The notes below the pieces were generated by a model. It saw nothing but the letters and a program-made list of their open reading frames with translations. It ran no database searches and was not told the DNA's origin. A program made the position numbers and the translations under genes. Shown here piece after piece: positions 46,172 through 54,611 of a stretch of 64,000 nucleotides of DNA; the first letter of the stretch is position 1; each line of letters begins with the position of its first letter. This stretch comes from Candidatus Nomurabacteria bacterium (GTDB lineage: Bacteria > Patescibacteriota > Saccharimonadia > Saccharimonadales > VXPC01), in NCBI GenBank assembly GCA_020631905.1, contig JACKGQ010000001.1, forward strand, positions 690,165-754,164, given 5' to 3'.

Positions 46172-46786
46172 TCATTCGCGCACTGTAGTTGTGGCCATAT
46201 CCGAAACTACATCTCCGCAGCGAGCACATTCACAATGCTCACTACCCGGCATAACTGCGCCTTCGATGCCATGAGGTCGCTCGACAAGTCTGATGACCGG
46301 TGTTTCTGCCTCACACGATTGACAGTAGTGTTTAGTAGCTCCTGGTAGTCTGCCACCTTCAATATGTACTGCTAAACATGCCACGTACAGAACTCTTTCG
46401 GCTCGTCGAATAACTGCGTTATCTCGCTCGTATCTTTGTGGGTCAATGTCCAGTGGTTTACCGGCTGCGTATTTGATAGTGATGTAGTTAAGCGACCAAG
46501 GAATTCTTGGGTAGCCTGAATTCTTGTAGGGATGGTAGCCAACCCTGATATCTTCAATACCTTCTTGGCTCTGCCAGTCTCGACCCTTCACCCGCCAAGT
46601 ATTAGATCCAATTACAGCTACACCTGCTGCGTGACCCCACTCCAGATTACCTAAAGCTGTATTATCAATTACCCAGTCCAGCTCTTCGATCGGAGTTCCC
46701 TGTTGTCTAACTTCTGCCATATACAACCTCACTTTATGATTATGATCATAGCCAACCAGAACTTCACTAGGCAAGCGTAAGCTCAA
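46172..46786 (-). CDS. Hypothetical protein with a C-terminal Cys cluster (CQSCE...HCECARCG, zinc-ribbon-like); moderately GC-rich
   Basis: 204-aa ORF. About 52-55% GC. No family recognised. Confidence 0.5.
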   Translation of the reverse strand: MSLRLPSEVLVGYDHNHKVRLYMAEVRQQGTPIEELDWVIDNTALGNLEWGHAAGVAVIGSNTWRVKGRDWQSQEGIEDIRVGYHPYKNSGYPRIPWSLNYITIKYAAGKPLDIDPQRYERDNAVIRRAERVLYVACLAVHIEGGRLPGATKHYCQSCEAETPVIRLVERPHGIEGAVMPGSEHCECARCGDVVSDMATTTVRE

Positions 46787-46859
46787 ATTAATAGCCCTCG
46801 GATATACCGAGGGCTAAGTCTGCTGGTGGGCGGCGCCAGCACCGGCTAGAAAATTCTAG

Positions 46860-47549
46860 CTAGACGTAGATAACGTTGGCACGGGCCCACTCGAGGGCTG
46901 CTTGGGTGCGCTCGCGCGCCTCCAGCCACTTCTGCCCAGGCGAGCCGTCCCACCACCAGGCATTCCATGCCCAATCCGCTGGGTTAATGCACTCATAATG
47001 CATGTGGTGCAGAAACTGCCCTTGGTGCATGCCTTCGTTGCGGTTCACACCTGTCTGGACGTAGCCAACCTGCTCGAGCGCCTTAGCCGAGCCCTGATTG
47101 GGGCCGAAGACGCCGGAGTAGATGCAGCTGATGCCCAACTCGTCGAACGCATACATGGTGCGCGCTCGATGGCAGTGGCTAGCAATCCTCTTGCCCCAGT
47201 ATTCGGGGCGGAAGATCAAGAAGCCACTGGTTGCCCGGCGGAACATGGTGTTGGTAGCCACATTATTGAAGCCACTGTTACCGATCACCTGCCATGTGTC
47301 ACCCACCTTGACGTAAATGCCCCACCCAATCTGATCAGCAGCATTGCGCTGCTTGTCAAACCAGTCGTACTCATCTTCGAGCACAGGGGCAGTCTGCCTG
47401 CCAAGGTAGCGGTTCACAACACGGCTCTGCATCCCACCATTGAGAATGAACTCGGGCATATCCTCACGCCTGAGCGCAGCCATGCGGACCTCAATCGGAT
47501 CCTCATCACACTGCTCGACGCTGAATTCCATAACCGATCCAAACATCAC
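46860..47549 (-). CDS. GNAT family N-acetyltransferase (RimJ/RimL-like); ~62% GC outlier
   Basis: RPEYWGKRIASHCHRARTMYAFDELGISCIYSGVFGPNQGSAKALEQVGYVQTG matches GNAT motifs A and B. The antisense 243-aa ORF is a high-GC artefact. Confidence 0.7.
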   Translation of the reverse strand: MMFGSVMEFSVEQCDEDPIEVRMAALRREDMPEFILNGGMQSRVVNRYLGRQTAPVLEDEYDWFDKQRNAADQIGWGIYVKVGDTWQVIGNSGFNNVATNTMFRRATSGFLIFRPEYWGKRIASHCHRARTMYAFDELGISCIYSGVFGPNQGSAKALEQVGYVQTGVNRNEGMHQGQFLHHMHYECINPADWAWNAWWWDGSPGQKWLEARERTQAALEWARANVIYV

Positions 47550-47637
47550 TTCTCCTTAATGTACTTGGGCTGGACACCCATTTTGGCCTTGAGAGAATTC
47601 CCAAGACTCGGTTTACTCCCGAAGATTGATTGATAAC

Positions 47638-47661
47638 TTAAAAGCTCCCTGTTTCGGGAGC
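47638..47661 (-). terminator. Rho-independent terminator (GCTCCC-GAAACA-GGGAGC plus UUUU) between the AT-rich 213-aa gene and the GNAT gene
   Basis: 6-bp perfect GC stem followed by a T-run on the minus strand. Confidence 0.55.
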
Positions 47662-47822
47662 GTACCGCGACTTACGAATTGTCTAGATAATAGTTAACTC
47701 ATGACACCTGTACGCTCAATATCTGCCTTGCCATTAGCAAGGACACCGGTAGACACCGACATCTGATACATACAAATTGTTGAGTTAAATCTACTCATAA
47801 CCTTATTATAGCACATCTATGC

Positions 47823-48464
47823 TTATGCTTCAAGTACTTCTATGAACTTTGGAGCAATTTCGATCGCTGCTCGCTTGTTTGGATGATTGTCTAGCCAGAT
47901 TAATCTTCGGTATTCTCTCTTCAAATAATTTTGCTTGTTGGCTAACAGATCAAAAAAGTCGAAGACCCCGATATTCTTGCCAAATTTTTGCCCAGCCAAC
48001 CAGTTTGCCAATTTACGAGCGCGAGCAGCGTTTTCGGATGATGTAGAGCTGGGTCGTAAAGGTGGTGAAGTCATAATAATCAATTGCTTTTTGGTTTTAG
48101 TGAAATGCTTTTTAATTCGCAGGTAGTAATCTTTGATCTGCTGGAGTTCTTGGTCGTTCTTGATGTTTGAGTTTGGATAGCAAGATTTAATTATTATCCG
48201 GTCGTAACTCATGACAAGTTTATAGAGTTCGGAATACTCTTTAGCACCTAACTCCGAAAACAGCAGAGCATAATCGACTGGCCGAGTATTGTTATTAGGG
48301 AAACTTAGTCCCAACTTTAAACTGCTACTTATTGTACGTAAGATGCCCGTGTTGTTATCGTAGTCAGCGAATTGGCCAGCGTTTGATTTATATAATCGAT
48401 TATATAATCTACTGTCGTTGATAAGATTATTACCGACCGATCGATGAATGAACAAGGTTTTCAT
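47823..48464 (-). CDS. Hypothetical protein (AT-rich, ~33% GC)
   Basis: 213-aa ORF. N/K/Y-rich composition contrasts sharply with the adjacent GNAT gene. Confidence 0.5.
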   Translation of the reverse strand: MKTLFIHRSVGNNLINDSRLYNRLYKSNAGQFADYDNNTGILRTISSSLKLGLSFPNNNTRPVDYALLFSELGAKEYSELYKLVMSYDRIIIKSCYPNSNIKNDQELQQIKDYYLRIKKHFTKTKKQLIIMTSPPLRPSSTSSENAARARKLANWLAGQKFGKNIGVFDFFDLLANKQNYLKREYRRLIWLDNHPNKRAAIEIAPKFIEVLEA

Positions 48465-49273
48465 CGAAACACACGCTCTCGCACGACCATTGTGTACAGT
48501 TGGGAGTTATTGATATTCTCGTTGTCACAAAAGCCATATGCCATTTTTTGTAAACATTTGATGGTTTGATTATGACTTATGAGTAAAACCCTGTTATTGC
48601 ATAGTTCGTCTCTGCGCTCGAACAGAAAACTTCTTAGTCGCATCGATGTATCAACGTAACTTTCGATTTCTCCGCCAAAATCTAAATCAAGATAGGCATT
48701 CCAATCTAATTTATCCGAACCAAAATACCTATCCAGCTCTTCGATCGACCTCCCCTCCCACTTCTTAAAATCACCTTCGACAAGTCTTTTGTCTTGGTAT
48801 ATTTTTTTACCACCTAATTGTTGAGCAATTATTTCTGCAGTAGCAACCGCGCGAGCTATTGGTGAACAGATAATATAATCAAAGTCTTGTCCTTTTTCTT
48901 TCACATCTCTAGCTAGTTCGATTGCCTGCTGTACACCTTTATCGGTTAGTTTTGCTTGTGGGTAAGAGATTATCCCAGCTAGGTTATCGTCTGTTTGTCC
49001 ATGCCTAGCAATATTTATCACCAAGCAACTAAGTTTGTACTCATACCCAGATCGATCGCGCTGCATGTAGCCGCGGTCGACTAGTTCTCTACGCAGCAGT
49101 GGCCAATCGCTAAATGTATGCCATAGTTTTAAGATCTCGTTAACCTCAAGCTCTGTATAGGTTTTGTTGGCATCAAACTTGGTTGCAAGATAGTCTAACA
49201 CGAGCACTTTATCTGACTGCTTTTTTGGCCAGACTGTTACGCAACCATCTGTATCTAAAAATCTATTTATCAT
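48461..49273 (-). CDS. Fusion protein: N-terminal DUF2087-like domain plus C-terminal histidine phosphatase (phosphoglycerate mutase family)
   Basis: N-terminus VTVWPKKQSDKVLVLDYLATKF...EVNEILKLWH...LRRELVD fits the DUF2087 pattern. C-terminus ARHGQTDDN carries the RHG catalytic motif. Start taken at the second Met (49273). Confidence 0.6.
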   Translation of the reverse strand: MINRFLDTDGCVTVWPKKQSDKVLVLDYLATKFDANKTYTELEVNEILKLWHTFSDWPLLRRELVDRGYMQRDRSGYEYKLSCLVINIARHGQTDDNLAGIISYPQAKLTDKGVQQAIELARDVKEKGQDFDYIICSPIARAVATAEIIAQQLGGKKIYQDKRLVEGDFKKWEGRSIEELDRYFGSDKLDWNAYLDLDFGGEIESYVDTSMRLRSFLFERRDELCNNRVLLISHNQTIKCLQKMAYGFCDNENINNSQLYTMVVRERVFR

Positions 49274-49631
49274 GTTTAGTAAAGAATGAGATGTTATAAC
49301 CTTCTGGATCGATGATCCCAAAGGATCTGTCGCCCCATGGATTATTCCTTAATTCGTGCCCAATACTTACATCGTCTTTAAGCTTAAGATACAACGAATC
49401 GACATCCTCGACCTCCAATGAAAGACCACTGCCCGTTGCTATATCTTTTAAACCTTCTTCAACTGGCCACATAAATTCTAGGGTAGCGCCACCAATCTGG
49501 AACATTACACCCTTACTGTCTTGCCTGTCCCATTCATGAGTAATCTTAAATCCCAATGTATTTAAGTAATAATTTCTTTGTCTGTAATAATCTGCAGGAT
49601 ACAGCTTTAAACGAAATTCTTTGACTATCAT
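49263..49631 (-). CDS. VOC/glyoxalase-bleomycin-resistance family protein
   Basis: Glyoxalase-like beta-alpha-beta-beta-beta pattern. Start moved to the internal ATG at 49631 because the N-terminal extension overlaps the convincing yajQ gene on the other strand. Confidence 0.6.
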   Translation of the reverse strand: MIVKEFRLKLYPADYYRQRNYYLNTLGFKITHEWDRQDSKGVMFQIGGATLEFMWPVEEGLKDIATGSGLSLEVEDVDSLYLKLKDDVSIGHELRNNPWGDRSFGIIDPEGYNISFFTKHDK

Positions 49632-49652
49632 GGGTATAGTATACTTGAGTTT

Positions 49653-50147
49653 ATGGCTAACTTTAGTTTTGATATCGAGAGTACTTACGACGCCGGCGAG
49701 ATGAATAATGTTTTCGACCAAGTAAAGCGCGAGCTGGCTAGCCGTTACGACCTTAAAGGTACCAGCGCAAGTATTGATTGGCTCGACGATAAACAGGGTT
49801 TTAAGTTTACGGCCGACCAGCAGTTTCAACTCGATGCCCTTATAGATATGGTCCGTAAAGTGGCTGCCAAACGTGGCCTCAACCAAAAAACTTTCGACAC
49901 CAGTGCTGAACCGACCGAAACCAATCTGCAGATGTATTGGACTGTGCCGTTTAGAAGTGGCCTAAAGGGCGACGACGCCAAGAAGCTTACCAAGCTGTTT
50001 CGCGACGAAATGCCCAAGCTAAAAGTGATGATTCAGGGGGAAGCAGTGCGTGTAATGAGCCCTAAAAAAGATGAACTCCAAACAGCCATGCAGCTAGTCC
50101 GTAGTAAAGAGTTCGAGTTTCCTCTGAGCTTCAACAATTTCCGTTAG
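49653..50147 (+). CDS. yajQ: YajQ family (UPF0234) nucleotide/c-di-GMP-binding protein
   Basis: MANFSFDIES...VFDQVKRELASRYDLKG...IDW matches the YajQ N-terminal pattern. Length 164 aa. Confidence 0.8.
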   Translation: MANFSFDIESTYDAGEMNNVFDQVKRELASRYDLKGTSASIDWLDDKQGFKFTADQQFQLDALIDMVRKVAAKRGLNQKTFDTSAEPTETNLQMYWTVPFRSGLKGDDAKKLTKLFRDEMPKLKVMIQGEAVRVMSPKKDELQTAMQLVRSKEFEFPLSFNNFR

Positions 50148-51061
50148 TCCTGATAAATCGTGTACCGATCTATCTCACCACCGACCAAATCATATAAAGC
50201 GTTGAGCCCAGGTAGTCCCTGACATCTATTGAGGTCGTAGACGAATGTTTTGATCGACCCAAAACCTCGCCGAGCGAGTATATTCGGCGCACTAGATAAT
50301 AATTCCCAATTTTCATCATTAGCCTGAGTGAATTTGACATCAGCTCCAAACCAAGCAATAACTTCTTCTAAATTCAAAAATTCAAACTGCATATCGGCTG
50401 GGTACTCTTGTGGTGCCTCCGCGCTATACCATTCTGTATTAAAAACATTTAAGGCTTCGCGTATGGCGGCCCGGGAAGCTTCTCCAATTAATGGCTTACA
50501 CCTCCTGATATCTTGAGGTATATGCCTGGCAACCGAGTAGTGTAAGCCGTCTCGAGTTCCGTTATCAATAACCCTCGGCACCAACTCTGTGCGTGCCGGC
50601 TCGATATAATCCACTCTTAGTCTCGGAACTACTATTTTTGGTAAAACTTTGTCGCCAACCGATGGATTATCTAAGAAGCGTCGAATTCGCATCTCGTGAA
50701 TCTCAATCTCGCGCGATGAAGGTGGTGGACTTAGCTCGGGTAACTCGATCAAGGCGACCATCTGACTATTCTCCAAATTTATCCGACCATCGCTCGTAGA
50801 CTGCAGTAAGTGCAAGACGAGTCTAATCGGATTTCCCCACAAACGCTCCAGCCGATAGCGTGCCCTTTCGTCAATTCTAGCTAAATCGGGGCTGGAAAAT
50901 GTTCGACTTGCTTCGCCGGGTGCTATCGCTTGAAACATGTTTACAATCTGATGGTTTTGCCGGTGTTCCTCGACTAAATCGCGATAATACTGAAGACGAT
51001 CGAGTTCGGTCACGTTGGCCGGCATACTCGGCTTCTTTAGCCATGGCAAGCTTTCTTTCAT
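50144..51061 (-). CDS. Hypothetical protein (305 aa)
   Basis: ORF only. 4-nt overlap with the yajQ stop. Confidence 0.45.
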   Translation of the reverse strand: MKESLPWLKKPSMPANVTELDRLQYYRDLVEEHRQNHQIVNMFQAIAPGEASRTFSSPDLARIDERARYRLERLWGNPIRLVLHLLQSTSDGRINLENSQMVALIELPELSPPPSSREIEIHEMRIRRFLDNPSVGDKVLPKIVVPRLRVDYIEPARTELVPRVIDNGTRDGLHYSVARHIPQDIRRCKPLIGEASRAAIREALNVFNTEWYSAEAPQEYPADMQFEFLNLEEVIAWFGADVKFTQANDENWELLSSAPNILARRGFGSIKTFVYDLNRCQGLPGLNALYDLVGGEIDRYTIYQD

Positions 51062-51110
51062 CTAGTAATTTTATTTCTTAGCTGTGAATATATGCAAGCA
51101 GAAGCAATTT

Positions 51111-51869
51111 CTAAGCTAGCTGTGTCGCGATTAATTCAGCAAGACTGGCTCGACTCGAGCCCGTAAAATTGTGGTCACTAGCTTGGAGTGTTATCGCACC
51201 ACAAGCTGCAAGCATCTTGTCTTGGTCTGCTGTCCGCGCGTCGGACTCTGCCAAGATAATTGTATTATTTGGTTTATGTAGCTCTCGCTCATAGATTGTG
51301 TCCCAATCCCGGTCAAACTCTTGCATAAACCTGTTTGGCACCAGACTAATCGTGCCATCTTTACGATAAAACTTTAGCCCGTCTGCATCTTGCCAGGCAT
51401 TATGTTTTCTAGCCATGTAGTTCATAAAACCACCATGGCGCATACCTACTGCAGGAGCCAAGAAAAATGCTTTGTAAATTAGTCTTTCTAATTCGGGATA
51501 AAGTGAAGCCAATACCCGACAACCAAGGCTATGCGCAACAAATGCAATCTTTACTCCTGGATATATACTTTGGACTAGTCCAATCACTGCCCTCAGCCTA
51601 TCTTGCTGGTCTGTAAGCGGTAAAAACGTGGCGTTCCCTCCGGCATCAAAATCGCTCATATCAAATAATGCGCTAGTGTGGCCTTTTGTTGCCAAATAGC
51701 GCGCGATATCGACAAATAAACCCTTGCTCGGCCACTTGACTCCCCAACCATGGACGTACACTATTACTGTCTCTGGCTGTCCATCGGGATAATGAGCATC
51801 ATCATACCCAGGACCGAACCAGTGAATCTCAGGCAGCATCTTGTTCGTCGCTTTTTTCTGGTGCTGCAA
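51111..51869 (-). CDS. Alpha/beta hydrolase (lipase/esterase-like, GHSLG nucleophile elbow)
   Basis: VYVHGWG...AFVAHSLG. Length 252 aa. Confidence 0.75.
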   Translation of the reverse strand: MQHQKKATNKMLPEIHWFGPGYDDAHYPDGQPETVIVYVHGWGVKWPSKGLFVDIARYLATKGHTSALFDMSDFDAGGNATFLPLTDQQDRLRAVIGLVQSIYPGVKIAFVAHSLGCRVLASLYPELERLIYKAFFLAPAVGMRHGGFMNYMARKHNAWQDADGLKFYRKDGTISLVPNRFMQEFDRDWDTIYERELHKPNNTIILAESDARTADQDKMLAACGAITLQASDHNFTGSSRASLAELIATQLA

Positions 51870-52983
51870 TTCGCTGGACTTTGTTCAGCTTACCTTCTAT
51901 GTTCCGGCTCTTGGCAGTCGCTGAGTCAATTACGTTACTCGCTTCGACCAGTTTTTTCTTGGCTTTATCCATAAGATCGCCAAACTTACTGAACTCTTCT
52001 CTTGTAGCCGTAAGTACCTGCCAAACCTCACTAGTGCGTTTTTGAATCGCTAGGGTTCTATAACCCATCTGCACAAAGTTTAGGATTGGTAAGATAGTTG
52101 TGGGACCCGCAATCGCGACATTATATTTCTTGCGCAAACTATCAACCATGCCTGTCTGCTGGACAACTTCAGCATACAGACCTTCGATGGGTAGATACAT
52201 GACTGCGAAATCTGTTGTTGACGGAGGATCGATGTACTTCTCGCTAATCCGCTTTGCTTCTAACTTTATCTGATTCTCGAACGCTTTGAGTGCTTCACTA
52301 TGAGCGACTTTATCGGCTTGCTCCTGAGCTTTTAGGAGTGCCTCGTAGCGATCAAGAGGTAGCTTGGCGTCAATTGGCAACAGTAATACTTGACTGTCTT
52401 TACCAGGTATTTTTAGCGCAAATTCGACTGGATCGTTCGATCCCTGCTTGGTTACTACATTGGTTAAATACTGTTCGGGATTTAGTATTTCTTCGAGCAA
52501 TGCCCCTAACTGTGCTTCTCCCCAGGCACCGCGGGTTTTTACGTTACTTAAGACCCGTTGTAGATCTCCTACACCCGTAGCGAGTGTTTGCATTTCCCCA
52601 AGACCTTTATGAACGCTTTCGAGTTGTTTACCAACTTGCCTAAAACTTTCACCCAGACGTTTTTCTAGAGTACTTTGCAGCTTCTCATCGACAGTTTGAC
52701 GCATTCGATCGAGCTGTTTGTTGTTATCTTCCTGAAGCGACATCAAACGACGCTCAATCTGCTCACCTAACTTACTCAAAGCGTCACTTTGAATTTTTGT
52801 AACTCCCAGCAACTGTTTGTTGATGCTGTCGGAACTATCTTTGAGGCTAGAGGCCAACTCCTTGCGATTGTCTTTTAGCTCTTCGGCGATATCTGGACTA
52901 TTCGACTTTCTAGATGCCACAAAGAACGCCAGCAATATTAAGCCTGAGAGATTTGCAATTAGTAGCAAGCTAACACTGTCCAT
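51829..52983 (-). CDS. rmuC: DNA recombination protein RmuC
   Basis: N-terminal TM, a long coiled coil and a conserved RmuC C-domain (TRGAWGEAQLGALLEEIL...AVMYLPIEGLY). Confidence 0.8.
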   Translation of the reverse strand: MDSVSLLLIANLSGLILLAFFVASRKSNSPDIAEELKDNRKELASSLKDSSDSINKQLLGVTKIQSDALSKLGEQIERRLMSLQEDNNKQLDRMRQTVDEKLQSTLEKRLGESFRQVGKQLESVHKGLGEMQTLATGVGDLQRVLSNVKTRGAWGEAQLGALLEEILNPEQYLTNVVTKQGSNDPVEFALKIPGKDSQVLLLPIDAKLPLDRYEALLKAQEQADKVAHSEALKAFENQIKLEAKRISEKYIDPPSTTDFAVMYLPIEGLYAEVVQQTGMVDSLRKKYNVAIAGPTTILPILNFVQMGYRTLAIQKRTSEVWQVLTATREEFSKFGDLMDKAKKKLVEASNVIDSATAKSRNIEGKLNKVQRIAAPEKSDEQDAA

Positions 52984-52995
52984 ACTTAAACTATA

Positions 52996-53406
52996 TTATA
53001 GCTTAGCCTGTTTGTTGGCTTGTTGTAGTTTTGCCATGTCGTGATGGTTTAGTCCATAATAATGGGCAATCTCGTGCCATAATGTCTGTTTTATCTTTGC
53101 CTGGAGTTCGCTAGACGATTTAGAAACTTTTAGTAAGGGGATCCTGAACAAAGTAATTTTGTCCGGGAGGGCCATCGTAGTACCTGTACCGCGGCGGCTG
53201 AGCGGGATACCTTCGTATAAACCAAGTAGTAACTGGCCATTTTTTAAGCTCGATTTTTTAGTTTGGTAAACGTCAGGATAATCTGCTGTTGTAATAGCTA
53301 CATTATTTAAATTTGCTATATAGTCTTGCGGTAATTCGTCTAGGCTCTGTTTGATGTATAGTTCAAATAAGTCATCTAGTGGCTGATCAAGCTCAGTTTG
53401 GTTCAA
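52996..53406 (-). CDS. Zincin-like metallopeptidase-family small protein (HExxH: WHEIAHYYG)
   Basis: 136 aa with an HEIAH motif near the C-terminus, as in small predicted Zn-dependent proteases. Confidence 0.55.
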   Translation of the reverse strand: MNQTELDQPLDDLFELYIKQSLDELPQDYIANLNNVAITTADYPDVYQTKKSSLKNGQLLLGLYEGIPLSRRGTGTTMALPDKITLFRIPLLKVSKSSSELQAKIKQTLWHEIAHYYGLNHHDMAKLQQANKQAKL

Positions 53407-53425
53407 GATATATAGACCTTACAGC

Positions 53426-53716
53426 TTATATTCCCTGAAGTTCGGCGTCTAAGTCGCTAGTGTCTAATTGACTATTTAAATCGACCTTCTCGATATCTTG
53501 GATACCTTTATCTATATCTTCCGTCGACTTAACTGGCTCGGTATCTGCAGACTGATCACTTGTCTGGCTAGTATAATCTCCAGTATCGACTACCTCGGGG
53601 TCTTCTTGATAGAAAACTACATATCCTGCGTAACCTACTACCGCTACCAAAAGTACTAGTAATATTGCTACAAAATGCGCTGTGCCTTTGTTGTTAAATT
53701 TTATCATTTGTCCCAC
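53426..53716 (-). CDS. Small membrane protein with an acidic extracytoplasmic tail
   Basis: N-terminal TM (FVAILLVLLVAVVGYAGYVVF) then a D/E/T/S-rich tail. Confidence 0.45.
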   Translation of the reverse strand: MGQMIKFNNKGTAHFVAILLVLLVAVVGYAGYVVFYQEDPEVVDTGDYTSQTSDQSADTEPVKSTEDIDKGIQDIEKVDLNSQLDTSDLDAELQGI

Positions 53717-53722
53717 CTATAG

Positions 53723-54409
53723 CTAATTAGTTTCCGAATCGTTGTCGTCTGCGAGGTTTAACTGCTCTTGTGCCGCTTGTTTAACAGCGTTAGCAAGAGC
53801 TTTTACCTCACTAATTACTGCTTTGGCATCGAGTTTTACCTGCGCTAAAGCTGCTTTATAGGCATCGACATCATCGAGTGCCTCGTCGGGGTCTTCACAA
53901 CTAAAGCCCGTCCGTAGTTGTGCAGCAACCGTTAGCGATTCTGCCAATTTGGTCTGAGCCGACTCAACATTTGCCAGAAGTTGATCGTAGTTATCGACTA
54001 CTAGGTTATTTGTGGTCACGAAATTATCGATACGTTTTACAAACGAATCAACTTTTTGGCCAAATGCTACGCCACGACCATGAAGGCCATTCATCTTATC
54101 GGCGATTCGATCTTTACGTTCCTCGCACTTCGTTTTTCGCTCTAGCAATCTTGCCTCGGTCCGCTCGGAGTCGTCTTGTCGTTCATGTCGAGCTTCTGCG
54201 GCATGTTCCTGATAGTCGTGAAGTCGTCGCTCAACTTCGCCCTCATCGACCGCGTGTTCGGTCTCCGATTCTGATTCAGTTTTAGAGCTATCATTAGAGT
54301 TATCGGCTCCTCCGTTATGCGCTTCTACCTTGGTCAGAGATGGCAATATAAGCGCAAATATGATCACTACCCCGAGTACTAAACTCTTAGTTGATACAGA
54401 TTTGGTCAT
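53723..54409 (-). CDS. Secreted or membrane-anchored acidic coiled-coil protein
   Basis: Signal/TM segment, then highly charged heptad-rich sequence with two Cys. Confidence 0.45.
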   Translation of the reverse strand: MTKSVSTKSLVLGVVIIFALILPSLTKVEAHNGGADNSNDSSKTESESETEHAVDEGEVERRLHDYQEHAAEARHERQDDSERTEARLLERKTKCEERKDRIADKMNGLHGRGVAFGQKVDSFVKRIDNFVTTNNLVVDNYDQLLANVESAQTKLAESLTVAAQLRTGFSCEDPDEALDDVDAYKAALAQVKLDAKAVISEVKALANAVKQAAQEQLNLADDNDSETN

Positions 54410-54611
54410 AAAGAACTCGCCCTTTCTTTAGAGATTTACTAAGTGCTTATGGATTATAGCGCGTCTCAGTTTTGTTGCAAGCTGACATGCGCTATTAAAT
54501 GTTGTAAACTTAATCTGATGCAAACGTACCGAAACTCTTATCTAAACTATACCCCGTTGGGGTGACTAGAGATTTTTTTAGGGTTTTATTACGTAAATAA
54601 GGATATACAAA

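Noticed and set aside
46902-47633. 243-aa plus-strand ORF antisense to the GNAT gene
   Set aside because: It is fully embedded antisense in the 62% GC GNAT gene and has no RBS. The GNAT frame has recognisable family motifs. It is a high-GC artefact.
49632-49886. N-terminal 85 codons of the 207-aa minus-strand ORF
   Set aside because: It overlaps the convincing YajQ-family gene on the plus strand. The VOC domain begins at the internal Met, so the start was reassigned to 49631.
54410-54611. T-box riboswitch upstream of tyrS (and likewise upstream of pheS at 46102-46171)
   Set aside because: No T-box consensus (AGGGUGGNACCGCG) or specifier/antiterminator pair was found. The pheS leader is only 70 nt. 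A small hairpin plus T-run before tyrS was noted but is insufficient.
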